This document shows positions 1-8,046 of a DNA stretch of 64,000 nt, one piece after another. Position 1 is the first letter of the stretch, and each line of letters opens with the position of its first letter. Under the pieces are notes generated by a model. It did not search any database, had not been told where the DNA came from, and saw nothing but the letters and a program-made list of their open reading frames with translations. Source of the stretch: a virus (lineage: Duplodnaviria > Caudoviricetes); IMG/VR virus record IMGVR_UViG_3300012956_000018, positions 13,091-77,090 of that record; one strand, 5' to 3'. A program made the translations under genes and the position numbers.

Positions 1-541
1 GCAAGGAGAAGAAATATTAAGTGGAGGATCTAATGTTAATCCATTTAACGTATTTCTATTCCAGAATCTTATGGGATATGGAGGGCCATCATCTTTAGGA
101 TCATGTACTGGAGGATCTAGAATTAGTTCTTTCAATGCTATGACCCAAGATGCTCTGGCTCCTCTACTATATGCTACTAAGAAGGATACTATTATGGGAG
201 ATGAGTCCTATGAATGGGATCCTATAGCTCATAAAGTTAGAATAACAGCTCCAGCTGCTGGATCTGTAACTATGAGTCTTGCATATGGCTATAATGGTAT
301 TAGTGATGATATAAGTGATGTACCATTGTTAGGAGTAGCTTATAATTACTTAGATATTGTTGCTAATTTAGTTACTGAAGAATACTTGAAAGATCTCATT
401 ATGTCTAGAGGAACAGTTAGCCTAGCTAGCTCAGATTTTACAATAAACATTGACATAATGAAGGAGAGATATGACGATATTAAAGTCCAGAATAGAGAAA
501 ACTTAGAAAAGATAGTGTCCCCTTATATTTTAATGGCGTAG
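1..541 (+). CDS. Neck/head-tail adaptor-like protein, 5'-truncated by the window edge
   Basis: The frame of ORF 71..541 is open back to the window start. Its position ahead of head-completion/tail genes and its helical C-terminus suggest a T4 gp13-like protein (inference). Confidence 0.45.
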   Translation, partial: QGEEILSGGSNVNPFNVFLFQNLMGYGGPSSLGSCTGGSRISSFNAMTQDALAPLLYATKKDTIMGDESYEWDPIAHKVRITAPAAGSVTMSLAYGYNGISDDISDVPLLGVAYNYLDIVANLVTEEYLKDLIMSRGTVSLASSDFTINIDIMKERYDDIKVQNRENLEKIVSPYILMA

Positions 542-546
542 GATAT

Positions 547-807
547 ATGTTTAAATTTCTTCATCCATCTTCTTTAACTGCTGCAGCTCAGGTAATACTC
601 TCATTAGTATTTATAATAGGATACTTTTGGGTGTTGAATAAGGTATTGAGTGGCGATATTAAAGTCATAGAAGGATATACTGAAGTAGTCTCTGCATTAC
701 TAGGAGTAGTTACTGGTAGTGTGGTTACTATAGTAGCATTTTGGTTTTCTAGATCTAGAGAAACTAAAGTAGTATCAGATTCTACTTCAGAAGATTCTGC
801 CAAGTAA
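547..807 (+). CDS. Small two-TM membrane protein, holin candidate
   Basis: Two hydrophobic segments (AAAQVILSLVFIIGYFWVL; VVSALLGVVTGSVVTIVAFWF) followed by a charged tail; the FWFSRS ending resembles phage holin-like families. Confidence 0.55.
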   Translation: MFKFLHPSSLTAAAQVILSLVFIIGYFWVLNKVLSGDIKVIEGYTEVVSALLGVVTGSVVTIVAFWFSRSRETKVVSDSTSEDSAK

Positions 808-808
808 T

Positions 809-1114
809 ATGCCGAAATTATTATCAGTAATTGAATCTAAGTTATATACTATAAAAGATCTTCGACGTGCTGCATCAAGAGTAGGCGCTACAGTTGAAGA
901 TAATAGCACTAAGTATGAATTAGATTATCAAGTTATGTCGCCTCATGGTAAATTTTGGAAAGATTCGAATAGTGTTCACCTGGCTGTGTATACTTATAAA
1001 AATGATTTAAATCAAGTTAGCAGTACTATACAAGATGCTATAGAAAGAATAGAATTCGGTCTTTATGACCCTGGTAAGGAAGAGTATGAGTATCAAACTG
1101 GAGAGAAATACTGA
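809..1114 (+). CDS. Small hypothetical protein, MPKL family
   Basis: 101-aa ORF starting MPKLLSVIES, tightly packed with its neighbours. Confidence 0.75.
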   Translation: MPKLLSVIESKLYTIKDLRRAASRVGATVEDNSTKYELDYQVMSPHGKFWKDSNSVHLAVYTYKNDLNQVSSTIQDAIERIEFGLYDPGKEEYEYQTGEKY

Positions 1115-1356
1115 TGCCTAAGCTAACTAAATTAGTATCAGAATGTATATCTGAATCTCTACTGCCAAATATTAAATCATCTGTATCTGAAATGAATACG
1201 CTAGGTATTGATTGGGATAGATATACTTTTATATCTACCGACGGAAACAGTATAAAGATATCTATTGATGCAAAGAAACTGGTTAGAGATTATGGTAAAT
1301 TTGGATTCGACTCATACAAAGAACCGAGTGGATTTGTTACTATAGAGATTAATTGA
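1114..1356 (+). CDS. Small hypothetical protein, MPKL family
   Basis: 80-aa ORF starting MPKLTKLVSECISES; TGATG stop/start overlap. Confidence 0.75.
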   Translation: MPKLTKLVSECISESLLPNIKSSVSEMNTLGIDWDRYTFISTDGNSIKISIDAKKLVRDYGKFGFDSYKEPSGFVTIEIN

Positions 1357-1357
1357 T

Positions 1358-1693
1358 ATGCCTAAGCTTATAGATATTTGTGAATCTTTATATTATGATG
1401 TAGCTATATTATATTTTCGTAATCCTTACGATGCTGATAGTGCTGCGTCTATATTACACGGTTCAAAATTACTTAAAGGATCTTTAGTAAAGTTAAATAA
1501 ATCCACGGACAGAATAATATTTAATGATATATCTAGAGATATGTATTTGAAAGCTATACAACTATTATCTGCGAATAATATTCGATTCGATCAAGAGACC
1601 CCAGAAACTAGTGTGCCCGTTGGAACATCAGTTCGTAGTGGGTTCACTAATAATGTTAACAGGGCTCAGTATAAGTATAGAGTTGCTAAATGA
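1358..1693 (+). CDS. Small hypothetical protein, MPKL family
   Basis: 111-aa ORF starting MPKLIDICES. Confidence 0.75.
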   Translation: MPKLIDICESLYYDVAILYFRNPYDADSAASILHGSKLLKGSLVKLNKSTDRIIFNDISRDMYLKAIQLLSANNIRFDQETPETSVPVGTSVRSGFTNNVNRAQYKYRVAK

Positions 1694-1861
1694 AAGTGAT
1701 AAAGTATTCTGAAACGTTCTATAGGGCCGAGGTGCATTCGCACTCTCGATCTTATAGTCACGATAATAAGATACTAAATAGTGACTACATTATCTACTGT
1801 GTGTAAATAGTATAAAATTAATAAGATCTATTACTATAGAGATCAATTAGGAATTATATCT

Positions 1862-2043
1862 ATGCCTAAATTAATAAAACTGGAGTATTTAGTTTTGAAG
1901 TTCAAAGCTTAGGAGGGAGAATAGGAGGTAAGATTGGAGGAGCAGTAGCAGGAAAGACTTATCACAAGTGTCCTCAGTGTGGAGCAGAAGGCCGTGGGCC
2001 GTCTATGCTTAGATGGCATATGAGTAATTGCAAAAAGAAATAG
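1862..2043 (+). pseudogene. Frame-broken MPKL-family ORF carrying a homing-endonuclease-type C-terminal Zn-finger motif
   Basis: ATG1862 reads MPKLIK. A -1 shift at the A4 run (1876-1879) continues TGVFSFEVQSLGGRIGGKIGGAVAGKTYHKCPQCGAEGRGPSMLRWHMSNCKKK to TAG2041-2043. Not in the ORF track. Confidence 0.55.
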
Positions 2044-2048
2044 CTGCT

Positions 2049-2645
2049 ATGGAAAATTTTAAAACAGCTTTCGATAAGACTATGGCTCATGAAGAAGGAT
2101 ATGCAAACGATCCTGATGATTTAGGAGGGGAGACTATCCGTGGTATAGCTAGAGCCTATCATCCTAAGTGGCTAGGATGGGCTAAGATTGATCTTATTAA
2201 GGCTCATGGAAATACTACTGCTGAGCAAATTAATGCTATTGTAAAATCAGATCCTACACTAATTCATTTAATACTAGAATTTTATAGAGATGAGTTTTGG
2301 GATAAGATAAGAGGTGATGAATTACCTCTTGAACTATCTATGGAGATGTTCGATACTGCTGTAAACATGAGTCCATCTAGAGCTATAGAATTTCTTCAAG
2401 AAGGATTAAATCTCAGTAATCGTAATCAAAAAGATTACCCAGATATTCTAGTAGATAGTAAATTAGGACCTACTACTATGAATACATTAAAATTATATCA
2501 AACTAAGTCTCCTAGAGATATTCAGTTTCTTATCAATATAATGAACATCCTTCAAGGATGTTACTATATTAATAGGTATCGTCAGTCTCCTACTCAAGAA
2601 AAGTATCATGGCTGGTTCAATAGGGTAATAATCAAACATGCCTAA
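2049..2645 (+). CDS. Glycoside hydrolase family 108 lysozyme (endolysin) with C-terminal peptidoglycan-binding domain
   Basis: HEEGYANDPDDLGGETIRGI matches the GH108 motif (HEGGYvndP.DpGGeT.yGI); also FDTAVN and a C-terminal GWFNRV. Likely start is MENFKTAF at 2049 (the track gives 2028). Confidence 0.9.
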   Translation: MENFKTAFDKTMAHEEGYANDPDDLGGETIRGIARAYHPKWLGWAKIDLIKAHGNTTAEQINAIVKSDPTLIHLILEFYRDEFWDKIRGDELPLELSMEMFDTAVNMSPSRAIEFLQEGLNLSNRNQKDYPDILVDSKLGPTTMNTLKLYQTKSPRDIQFLINIMNILQGCYYINRYRQSPTQEKYHGWFNRVIIKHA

Positions 2646-2949
2646 ATTAATATCGATTAAAGATAGTATAGAATCTCAATGGCCGAATTTAGTAGCATTT
2701 GTACATGGAGCATTTCAAGCTAATAGCGGTGCTCCTAAATCTAAAGCTATAGATTTCCTAAATAATGAACTAAAGATTAATTCTAATATTAAAAATCTTT
2801 ACGATCTTGCAGATAAGTCTCTTGTTACTATATTCGGTACTATAAGTAATATTAAGATTGCTGGTATGGATGCTGATACCGGAGATAATAGTAGTCAAGG
2901 AAAAATTATTCCTGCATCTGCTATTAGTATACTAGATAATGCGTATTAG
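2638..2949 (+). CDS. Small hypothetical protein, MPKL family
   Basis: 103-aa ORF starting MPKLISIKDSIES. Confidence 0.75.
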   Translation: MPKLISIKDSIESQWPNLVAFVHGAFQANSGAPKSKAIDFLNNELKINSNIKNLYDLADKSLVTIFGTISNIKIAGMDADTGDNSSQGKIIPASAISILDNAY

Positions 2950-2951
2950 AT

Positions 2952-3152
2952 ATGCCTAAGCTTATTTCAGTTAAGGGGATGAAATTAACAGCAAATCGTG
3001 ACAACAATAGCAGATTTATTGCTATTGTATCATCTAAAGAAGAAGCTGCTAGTATTATAGATAATATGGAAGCGAGTGGTACTTGGCCTGAGGGATTTGA
3101 TGCTATTTTAGATAATATATGGCTGTATACTGATAAGTGGGAATCTCTTTGA
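2952..3152 (+). CDS. Small hypothetical protein, MPKL family
   Basis: 66-aa ORF starting MPKLISVKG. Confidence 0.7.
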   Translation: MPKLISVKGMKLTANRDNNSRFIAIVSSKEEAASIIDNMEASGTWPEGFDAILDNIWLYTDKWESL

Positions 3153-3355
3153 TGTCTAAGCTATTAAAACTAGACGGCATAGCTTTGCTGTATTTTACTA
3201 GCTTTGAAAGCTGGTCGGCTAAGGCTATCGAATTAGGCTATGATAGATTAGATAAAGATAAAAACGCTAAAGCTATAAATCCTGATACAGGCGAAATAGT
3301 AGGTGGATGGGACTCTAATTCTAAATTTTGGTGGATAAGAGATAAAGATGCCTAA
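3152..3355 (+). CDS. Small hypothetical protein, MPKL-like (MSKL)
   Basis: The TGATG overlap puts the start at 3152 (MSKLLKLDG) rather than 3137. Confidence 0.65.
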   Translation: MSKLLKLDGIALLYFTSFESWSAKAIELGYDRLDKDKNAKAINPDTGEIVGGWDSNSKFWWIRDKDA

Positions 3356-3581
3356 TCTTATAGATATTATTGAAACTGATGGGTTAGATCTTAATATGAT
3401 AGGCGTAGATAGCGATTTATTTGCTATAAGAATAAATAATATTAAATATAAATATAGACCCATAAATATGTCTCCTCAGGAATTAGCAGTAAAATTTTCA
3501 AAGATGTCAGTATTTAGTAAGGGCAAAGCCCTAGCGTGGTTAAAGAAGAACTCTGAATTAGCAGATAAGTCTGCTATTTGA
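3348..3581 (+). CDS. Small hypothetical protein, MPKL-like (MPNL)
   Basis: 77-aa ORF starting MPNLIDIIET. Confidence 0.7.
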   Translation: MPNLIDIIETDGLDLNMIGVDSDLFAIRINNIKYKYRPINMSPQELAVKFSKMSVFSKGKALAWLKKNSELADKSAI

Positions 3582-3599
3582 TATTTTAGGAGATACACT

Positions 3600-4127
3600 G
3601 TGTTTAATGTAGTAAATATTAAAAGTAAAATGAGAAAAGTAGGTTATACTGAGAAAGTGATAAGATCAGTATGTAGTATACTGGCTCTTGAATCGAATAC
3701 TCGATTACCCCACCACACTATGATTTTGGCATGCAGAAATGCTAGGATTAATGTTGATGAATTTAAGAATAAGATATTAGAATCTGATTTCAAAGTAGGC
3801 GATAAGGTAAGAGTGCCTAAAGATTTATCAGGTGAAGATAGAGATTTAATTGGAACTGTGATTAGTGCTGGGAATGCAGAAGTAAAGGTGCAATTACCTA
3901 CTGGCCAAGGACCGAGTTATCAAATAATTGTTATGGATACTGAAATCAGTAAAGAATCAGTACTAAAAGAAGATCATTTTCAGGTAGATGACAGAGTGAT
4001 GACTAAAGATGGTGATACCGGTAAAGTCACTAGTATTCTTAATTATGGTACTGATGATGAAGTATATATGATAAAGCTGGACAATGGTAGTATTAGAGAC
4101 TATAGACCTAGTGAGTTGGTACTTTAA
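3600..4127 (+). CDS. Head-associated protein with two SH3/KOW-like repeats
   Basis: Internal repeat DFKVGDKVRV...GTV.S / HFQVDDRVMT...GKVTS; GTG start with GGAG upstream. Confidence 0.55.
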   Translation: MFNVVNIKSKMRKVGYTEKVIRSVCSILALESNTRLPHHTMILACRNARINVDEFKNKILESDFKVGDKVRVPKDLSGEDRDLIGTVISAGNAEVKVQLPTGQGPSYQIIVMDTEISKESVLKEDHFQVDDRVMTKDGDTGKVTSILNYGTDDEVYMIKLDNGSIRDYRPSELVL

Positions 4128-4129
4128 CT

Positions 4130-4576
4130 ATGGCAACTATAGCTGAGCTTATTAGTTCTACTAATAGCTTTAAGCCTATACTATTTACTAATGCGAATAG
4201 TGTATATGTAGACCAACTCAATATTACCAGATCCAAGGGTACCAGAACTATTTTATTTACTGCTGTGACTAAAGATAGGCATTCGCCATCAGGAAGAACT
4301 GCTCAAATGCAATTTGTTCTACCTAAGGATGTAAAGATTGAAGATTATAGACCATCTATAAGTAAAGACAGAGTTTTAGTAAGATGTTCTAGTCCGTGGT
4401 ACAAGTACGCATTTGGTTATAATAATGCTAGAATAAAAGCTCAGTTCGGAAGAATTAGCGAATTTACTGTTTTAGGTACAGGGAGACCTGTTAACCCAAA
4501 GAATTATCCTGGATTAGATAAGCATTTAATAGCTATGACTAGAGCTCTTAAAGATGAGAGGTTAATAAGTGGATGA
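4130..4576 (+). CDS. SWIM-like phage protein with degenerate Zn ligands
   Basis: VLVRCSSPWYKYAF...PGLDKHL parallels the V.CxC.dF.Y...G.CKHL pattern. Confidence 0.5.
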   Translation: MATIAELISSTNSFKPILFTNANSVYVDQLNITRSKGTRTILFTAVTKDRHSPSGRTAQMQFVLPKDVKIEDYRPSISKDRVLVRCSSPWYKYAFGYNNARIKAQFGRISEFTVLGTGRPVNPKNYPGLDKHLIAMTRALKDERLISG

Positions 4577-5028
4577 CTGCTCAAGATAAATCTCATGATC
4601 ACTTTGAATGGTTTAGTAAGAGGGCTACTCTTATGAAGTTAGTAGGAGGTAGCGTAGTATCAATTATTCTGGCTACTGTAGCGATAAGCCAGTATTTTAT
4701 TACTAGAGCAGAAGCAGAAGATCAGTTTACTAAAACATCAGATCAAATACTGAAGCAGAGCCAGAGCCTAATTATTTATACTCGTCAGCAGTATTTGATT
4801 TCTGAAAGGAAGAATCTAGTAAATAGAATAGATGATCTTACTAGATGGCTTACTATTATGAATGCGACTCCTAATAATAAGCTATCTTCTACTGAGAAGA
4901 TGCAAATTGAATTCTATACTGATGAAGTATCTAGTAGTAAGAAAAAGATAGATACTATTGACGAAGAACTAGAAAAGTGGAATAGATCTGCTGCTCAACT
5001 AGAAAAGCAGATTAGTGTAGATAGATAA
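4573..5028 (+). CDS. Single-TM coiled-coil membrane protein
   Basis: TM segment LVGGSVVSIILATVAISQYFI followed by a long heptad-rich region. Confidence 0.6.
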   Translation: MTAQDKSHDHFEWFSKRATLMKLVGGSVVSIILATVAISQYFITRAEAEDQFTKTSDQILKQSQSLIIYTRQQYLISERKNLVNRIDDLTRWLTIMNATPNNKLSSTEKMQIEFYTDEVSSSKKKIDTIDEELEKWNRSAAQLEKQISVDR

Positions 5029-5095
5029 CAATACTCAAGATATTTATAGTTAAATGTTCGATTTTATCTGATTAACTTAAATAAGGTATACTAGC

Positions 5096-5623
5096 ATGTT
5101 ATACGGTGAAATTGTATTTGGAAATCCTGGCGTAGCAGTTTCTGGCGAGGCTCTTAGTACTAATTCAGGTGGTGCATCCACCGGAACCATCGATAATCTA
5201 CCAGTAGTTCCTGGTACTGTGGTGATTACTGATGGTACTAATACCTATGCCGATAATGGCCAGGGTGTACTGACTGGAGCTCCAGCTGGTACTGGTACTG
5301 TTAATTACAGCACTGGTGCTGTTACAATCACAGGCGGAGCTGCTACTGGTAATAACGTAGTAGCCTATCAGCGCTTCAGTGCTAACTCAGCTCAGAATCT
5401 ACCTAATTCTGTATCTCCTATGTTTGCTAGCTTTAGAGCTGAAGAGGCAGCTGGTGGTATCATTGTTGAAGTAGGCGAAAGTGGTGCTGATTACCGAGTA
5501 TTCTTCCAGCGTACCTTTGCTGCTTATGAAAATCTGAGTTTAGGACTATTACCTCAGAAGCTGATAAGAGTCTGGTCTTCAGCTAAGGGTCGCCTCAATG
5601 GTGTGATGGCTAACGCTCAGTAA
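5096..5623 (+). CDS. Virion structural (decoration-like) protein with an inserted Gly/Thr-rich beta domain
   Basis: Domain VVPGTVVI..DNGQG...GTVNYSTG is shared with the sheath gene insert. Confidence 0.55.
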   Translation: MLYGEIVFGNPGVAVSGEALSTNSGGASTGTIDNLPVVPGTVVITDGTNTYADNGQGVLTGAPAGTGTVNYSTGAVTITGGAATGNNVVAYQRFSANSAQNLPNSVSPMFASFRAEEAAGGIIVEVGESGADYRVFFQRTFAAYENLSLGLLPQKLIRVWSSAKGRLNGVMANAQ

Positions 5624-5651
5624 TCATTAGCCATAATCACAGAGGTGCAAC

Positions 5652-6338
5652 ATGAAGACTATTGAAATAAGAGATGCCAATTATGTAGTTGGCAAATCAG
5701 GTATGAGACTGTCGGCTAATAACGGAGCAACTGTAGTAGAGTTTTATCAAGGGGATGGTATTCGAATCTCAAATAAAGGAGGTTATCCTGTTATTGAGTT
5801 TAGGGTATCGGGTAAAGATCTTCAAGTCAAAGTGGAAACTAAGGCAGACTTGAAAAATCTGCTTGAACGAGTACACCACGAGACAGAGTTCAAAACTGAA
5901 TCTCTTGATCTTATGGAAGCCATAGCCAGAGATAGTAGAGATCTACCTACTGAGAAGTTGGTAGATGCATTTTCTGAATCTTTTAATCTTGATACAGGTA
6001 GACTTAATACCAGTATTAAAGTTACTAAGAGAGTAGCAGATCTTAATGTAGAATCTAAGGCTAAGCTGTTATCTTCTGCTAAGTGCATATTCTCTGAAGC
6101 TGATGAGTCTGCTCTTGTGTCTATTACTGATGCTGAAGATCAGGATCTTGCTGATGACGATGATAAGGACGAAGACGAAAATAAGCAAGAATCTAGCAGA
6201 CGTAAGATAAAAGAGAATGATGACGAAAATGACGACAATAAGGATGATGTGAAGGAAGATACTGATAAAGACGAAGATGATGACAATAAGGACGATGATA
6301 AAATGGAATCTCGTCGTAAAGTAAGAAAATCTAAGTAA
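5652..6338 (+). CDS. Prohead core/scaffold-like protein with Asp-rich tail
   Basis: Acidic low-complexity D/E/K region, repeated xES motifs and a basic C-terminus; located in the head module. Confidence 0.5.
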   Translation: MKTIEIRDANYVVGKSGMRLSANNGATVVEFYQGDGIRISNKGGYPVIEFRVSGKDLQVKVETKADLKNLLERVHHETEFKTESLDLMEAIARDSRDLPTEKLVDAFSESFNLDTGRLNTSIKVTKRVADLNVESKAKLLSSAKCIFSEADESALVSITDAEDQDLADDDDKDEDENKQESSRRKIKENDDENDDNKDDVKEDTDKDEDDDNKDDDKMESRRKVRKSK

Positions 6339-6423
6339 TTTATTATTTAATATAGTCACGTCGGTTAGGATAACTAGAAATGAGTGGCGGAATTATTTTC
6401 TTTAGATAAAAGCAGCTCTAGAT

Positions 6424-6630
6424 ATGCCATCAGTCTTAGTAAAATCCCTAGCTAAAAAATATTCTAAATCCATTGACGATGTAGAATCTAAGTGGAATAG
6501 AGCTAAAGCTATAGTATCTAATCAGTACGGCAATGTAGATGATCACTACGGAGCAGTAGTATCTATAGTCAAGAAGATGTTGAAAGGCGAATCTGTATTA
6601 ATCGGTATAAAGTATGCCAAGTCCAGTTAG
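6424..6630 (+). CDS. Small conserved myovirus head-module protein (ChaB-like helical fold)
   Basis: MPSVLVKSLAKK..KS..DVE.KW.RAK..V..QYG pattern. Confidence 0.55.
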   Translation: MPSVLVKSLAKKYSKSIDDVESKWNRAKAIVSNQYGNVDDHYGAVVSIVKKMLKGESVLIGIKYAKSS

Positions 6631-7057
6631 AATGTATGTTGAGAGATCGATACCTAGGTTGATAAAATATAGAGATGATTGGATAGATAAATCTGGACAG
6701 ATGGTATCTGTTATTAGGCCTGAGAGTATATCTACGAATGTGTACGGAGATACTACTGTAGTATCCTCTGAAAATATTCATAAAATACCTATGGTCATTA
6801 ATTGGCAAGAATATCGATTACTATTGTCTTTTAGTGATGCTTCAGAAGAAAATAATGTACCACTAGTAGCTATTGTTAGATTAATAGATAACTTGCCTAA
6901 GGGCACATTAGTAAAGATCGAAACATTCAGTGCTGATGCAATAAGTGACGAGAGCTTTCAATGGTTTAGAATAGTGAAGACAAATGCATATCATGAAATA
7001 TTACAACATGGTAAAAGAGTAACTATGGTAGTTCAAAGAGGAGTAACATTTAAATGA
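6614..7057 (+). CDS. Putative head-closure/neck protein
   Basis: Beta-rich 147 aa lying just before the tail-completion and sheath genes; assignment from position only. Confidence 0.4.
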   Translation: MPSPVRMYVERSIPRLIKYRDDWIDKSGQMVSVIRPESISTNVYGDTTVVSSENIHKIPMVINWQEYRLLLSFSDASEENNVPLVAIVRLIDNLPKGTLVKIETFSADAISDESFQWFRIVKTNAYHEILQHGKRVTMVVQRGVTFK

Positions 7058-7350
7058 CGACTACTGTAGCTAGTTTAGGGCCTATGACTACTCAAGCAGT
7101 ATCTTCTAACAAGATAAGGAAAGTAGGATCGAAGATAAATAAGAAAAAGAATAATATACTTGTGTCTACTAAAGAATATGTTTTAGTAGAATATTATAAC
7201 AATGATACAGATATGGAAGTAGTTAGAATAAAAGAAAATGGAGAATTTATTAGAATATCAGAATCTATTAAAAAGATAAAAGATTCTTCAGATGAATTAG
7301 TGAATTCTGCTAGAGTAAAGAAACTTATTGATATGGATACTGTAATGTAA
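7054..7350 (+). CDS. Hypothetical protein
   Basis: 98-aa ORF with ATGA overlap. Confidence 0.6.
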   Translation: MTTTVASLGPMTTQAVSSNKIRKVGSKINKKKNNILVSTKEYVLVEYYNNDTDMEVVRIKENGEFIRISESIKKIKDSSDELVNSARVKKLIDMDTVM

Positions 7351-8024
7351 TGTTAATAGACATAGATACTGCTGTAGTTACTCACGTTGCAGGAATGGTA
7401 GGCAGATTAAATAGTCTAAAGTATCCCTCAACTAGAGTTAAATTAGAATTAGTCGAAGATGAGAATACTCATCTACGATCTATTGAACTAGCTAGTAGAC
7501 AGAATAACCACGAGCCAGATACTGCTACAAGAAGATTTCCTTTTGTAATAGTATATAGAGGAAATTCTGTATCTAGAGTAAACTCGTCATCATCGTCAAA
7601 AGCTGCCATCAGAGATATTGTACTAAGAGAAGATACAATAACTGGCGAAGTAGCTTTAGCTGATGGTAAGCAGATATCTCTGGAATATGTAATATATCAG
7701 TACACCACGTCATTTGCAGAACTTACTGAGTTATTTGAATACTGGGCAGTCAATATCGGAGAACATCATACTGCTATGGATTTTAGATTTTCTGAGTCTC
7801 AACTGAATCCAGTACAGTTTAAAGGCAATATAGTATTCAAAGAGCCAGAATCAGTGAGGCCATCTGTATCAACAATAGAAGATCAAGGTACTGTATATAT
7901 TCAGAAATTCCCATTTACTCTTGATACAATAGTTCTGACAAATGTCAGGGATAGTAATGAATTAATACTCCAAGTACAATCTACTGTCTATGTTCTTAGA
8001 CCCGATGAAGTATTCCCAGTTTAA
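7350..8024 (+). CDS. Putative tail completion/terminator protein (T4 gp15-like)
   Basis: 224 aa immediately upstream of the sheath gene; RFPFVIVYR and FPFTLDT segments are typical of the tail-terminator fold. Confidence 0.5.
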   Translation: MLIDIDTAVVTHVAGMVGRLNSLKYPSTRVKLELVEDENTHLRSIELASRQNNHEPDTATRRFPFVIVYRGNSVSRVNSSSSSKAAIRDIVLREDTITGEVALADGKQISLEYVIYQYTTSFAELTELFEYWAVNIGEHHTAMDFRFSESQLNPVQFKGNIVFKEPESVRPSVSTIEDQGTVYIQKFPFTLDTIVLTNVRDSNELILQVQSTVYVLRPDEVFPV

Positions 8025-8046
8025 ATAGAATTCGGAGGATGGATAA

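Noticed and set aside
3448-3455. T4 late promoter TATAAATA match
   Set aside because: It lies inside a coding region and is expected by chance in AT-rich DNA.
6150-6338. GAT/GAC-rich tandem-like repeats
   Set aside because: They are explained by the Asp/Glu/Lys-rich low-complexity tail of the scaffold-like protein.
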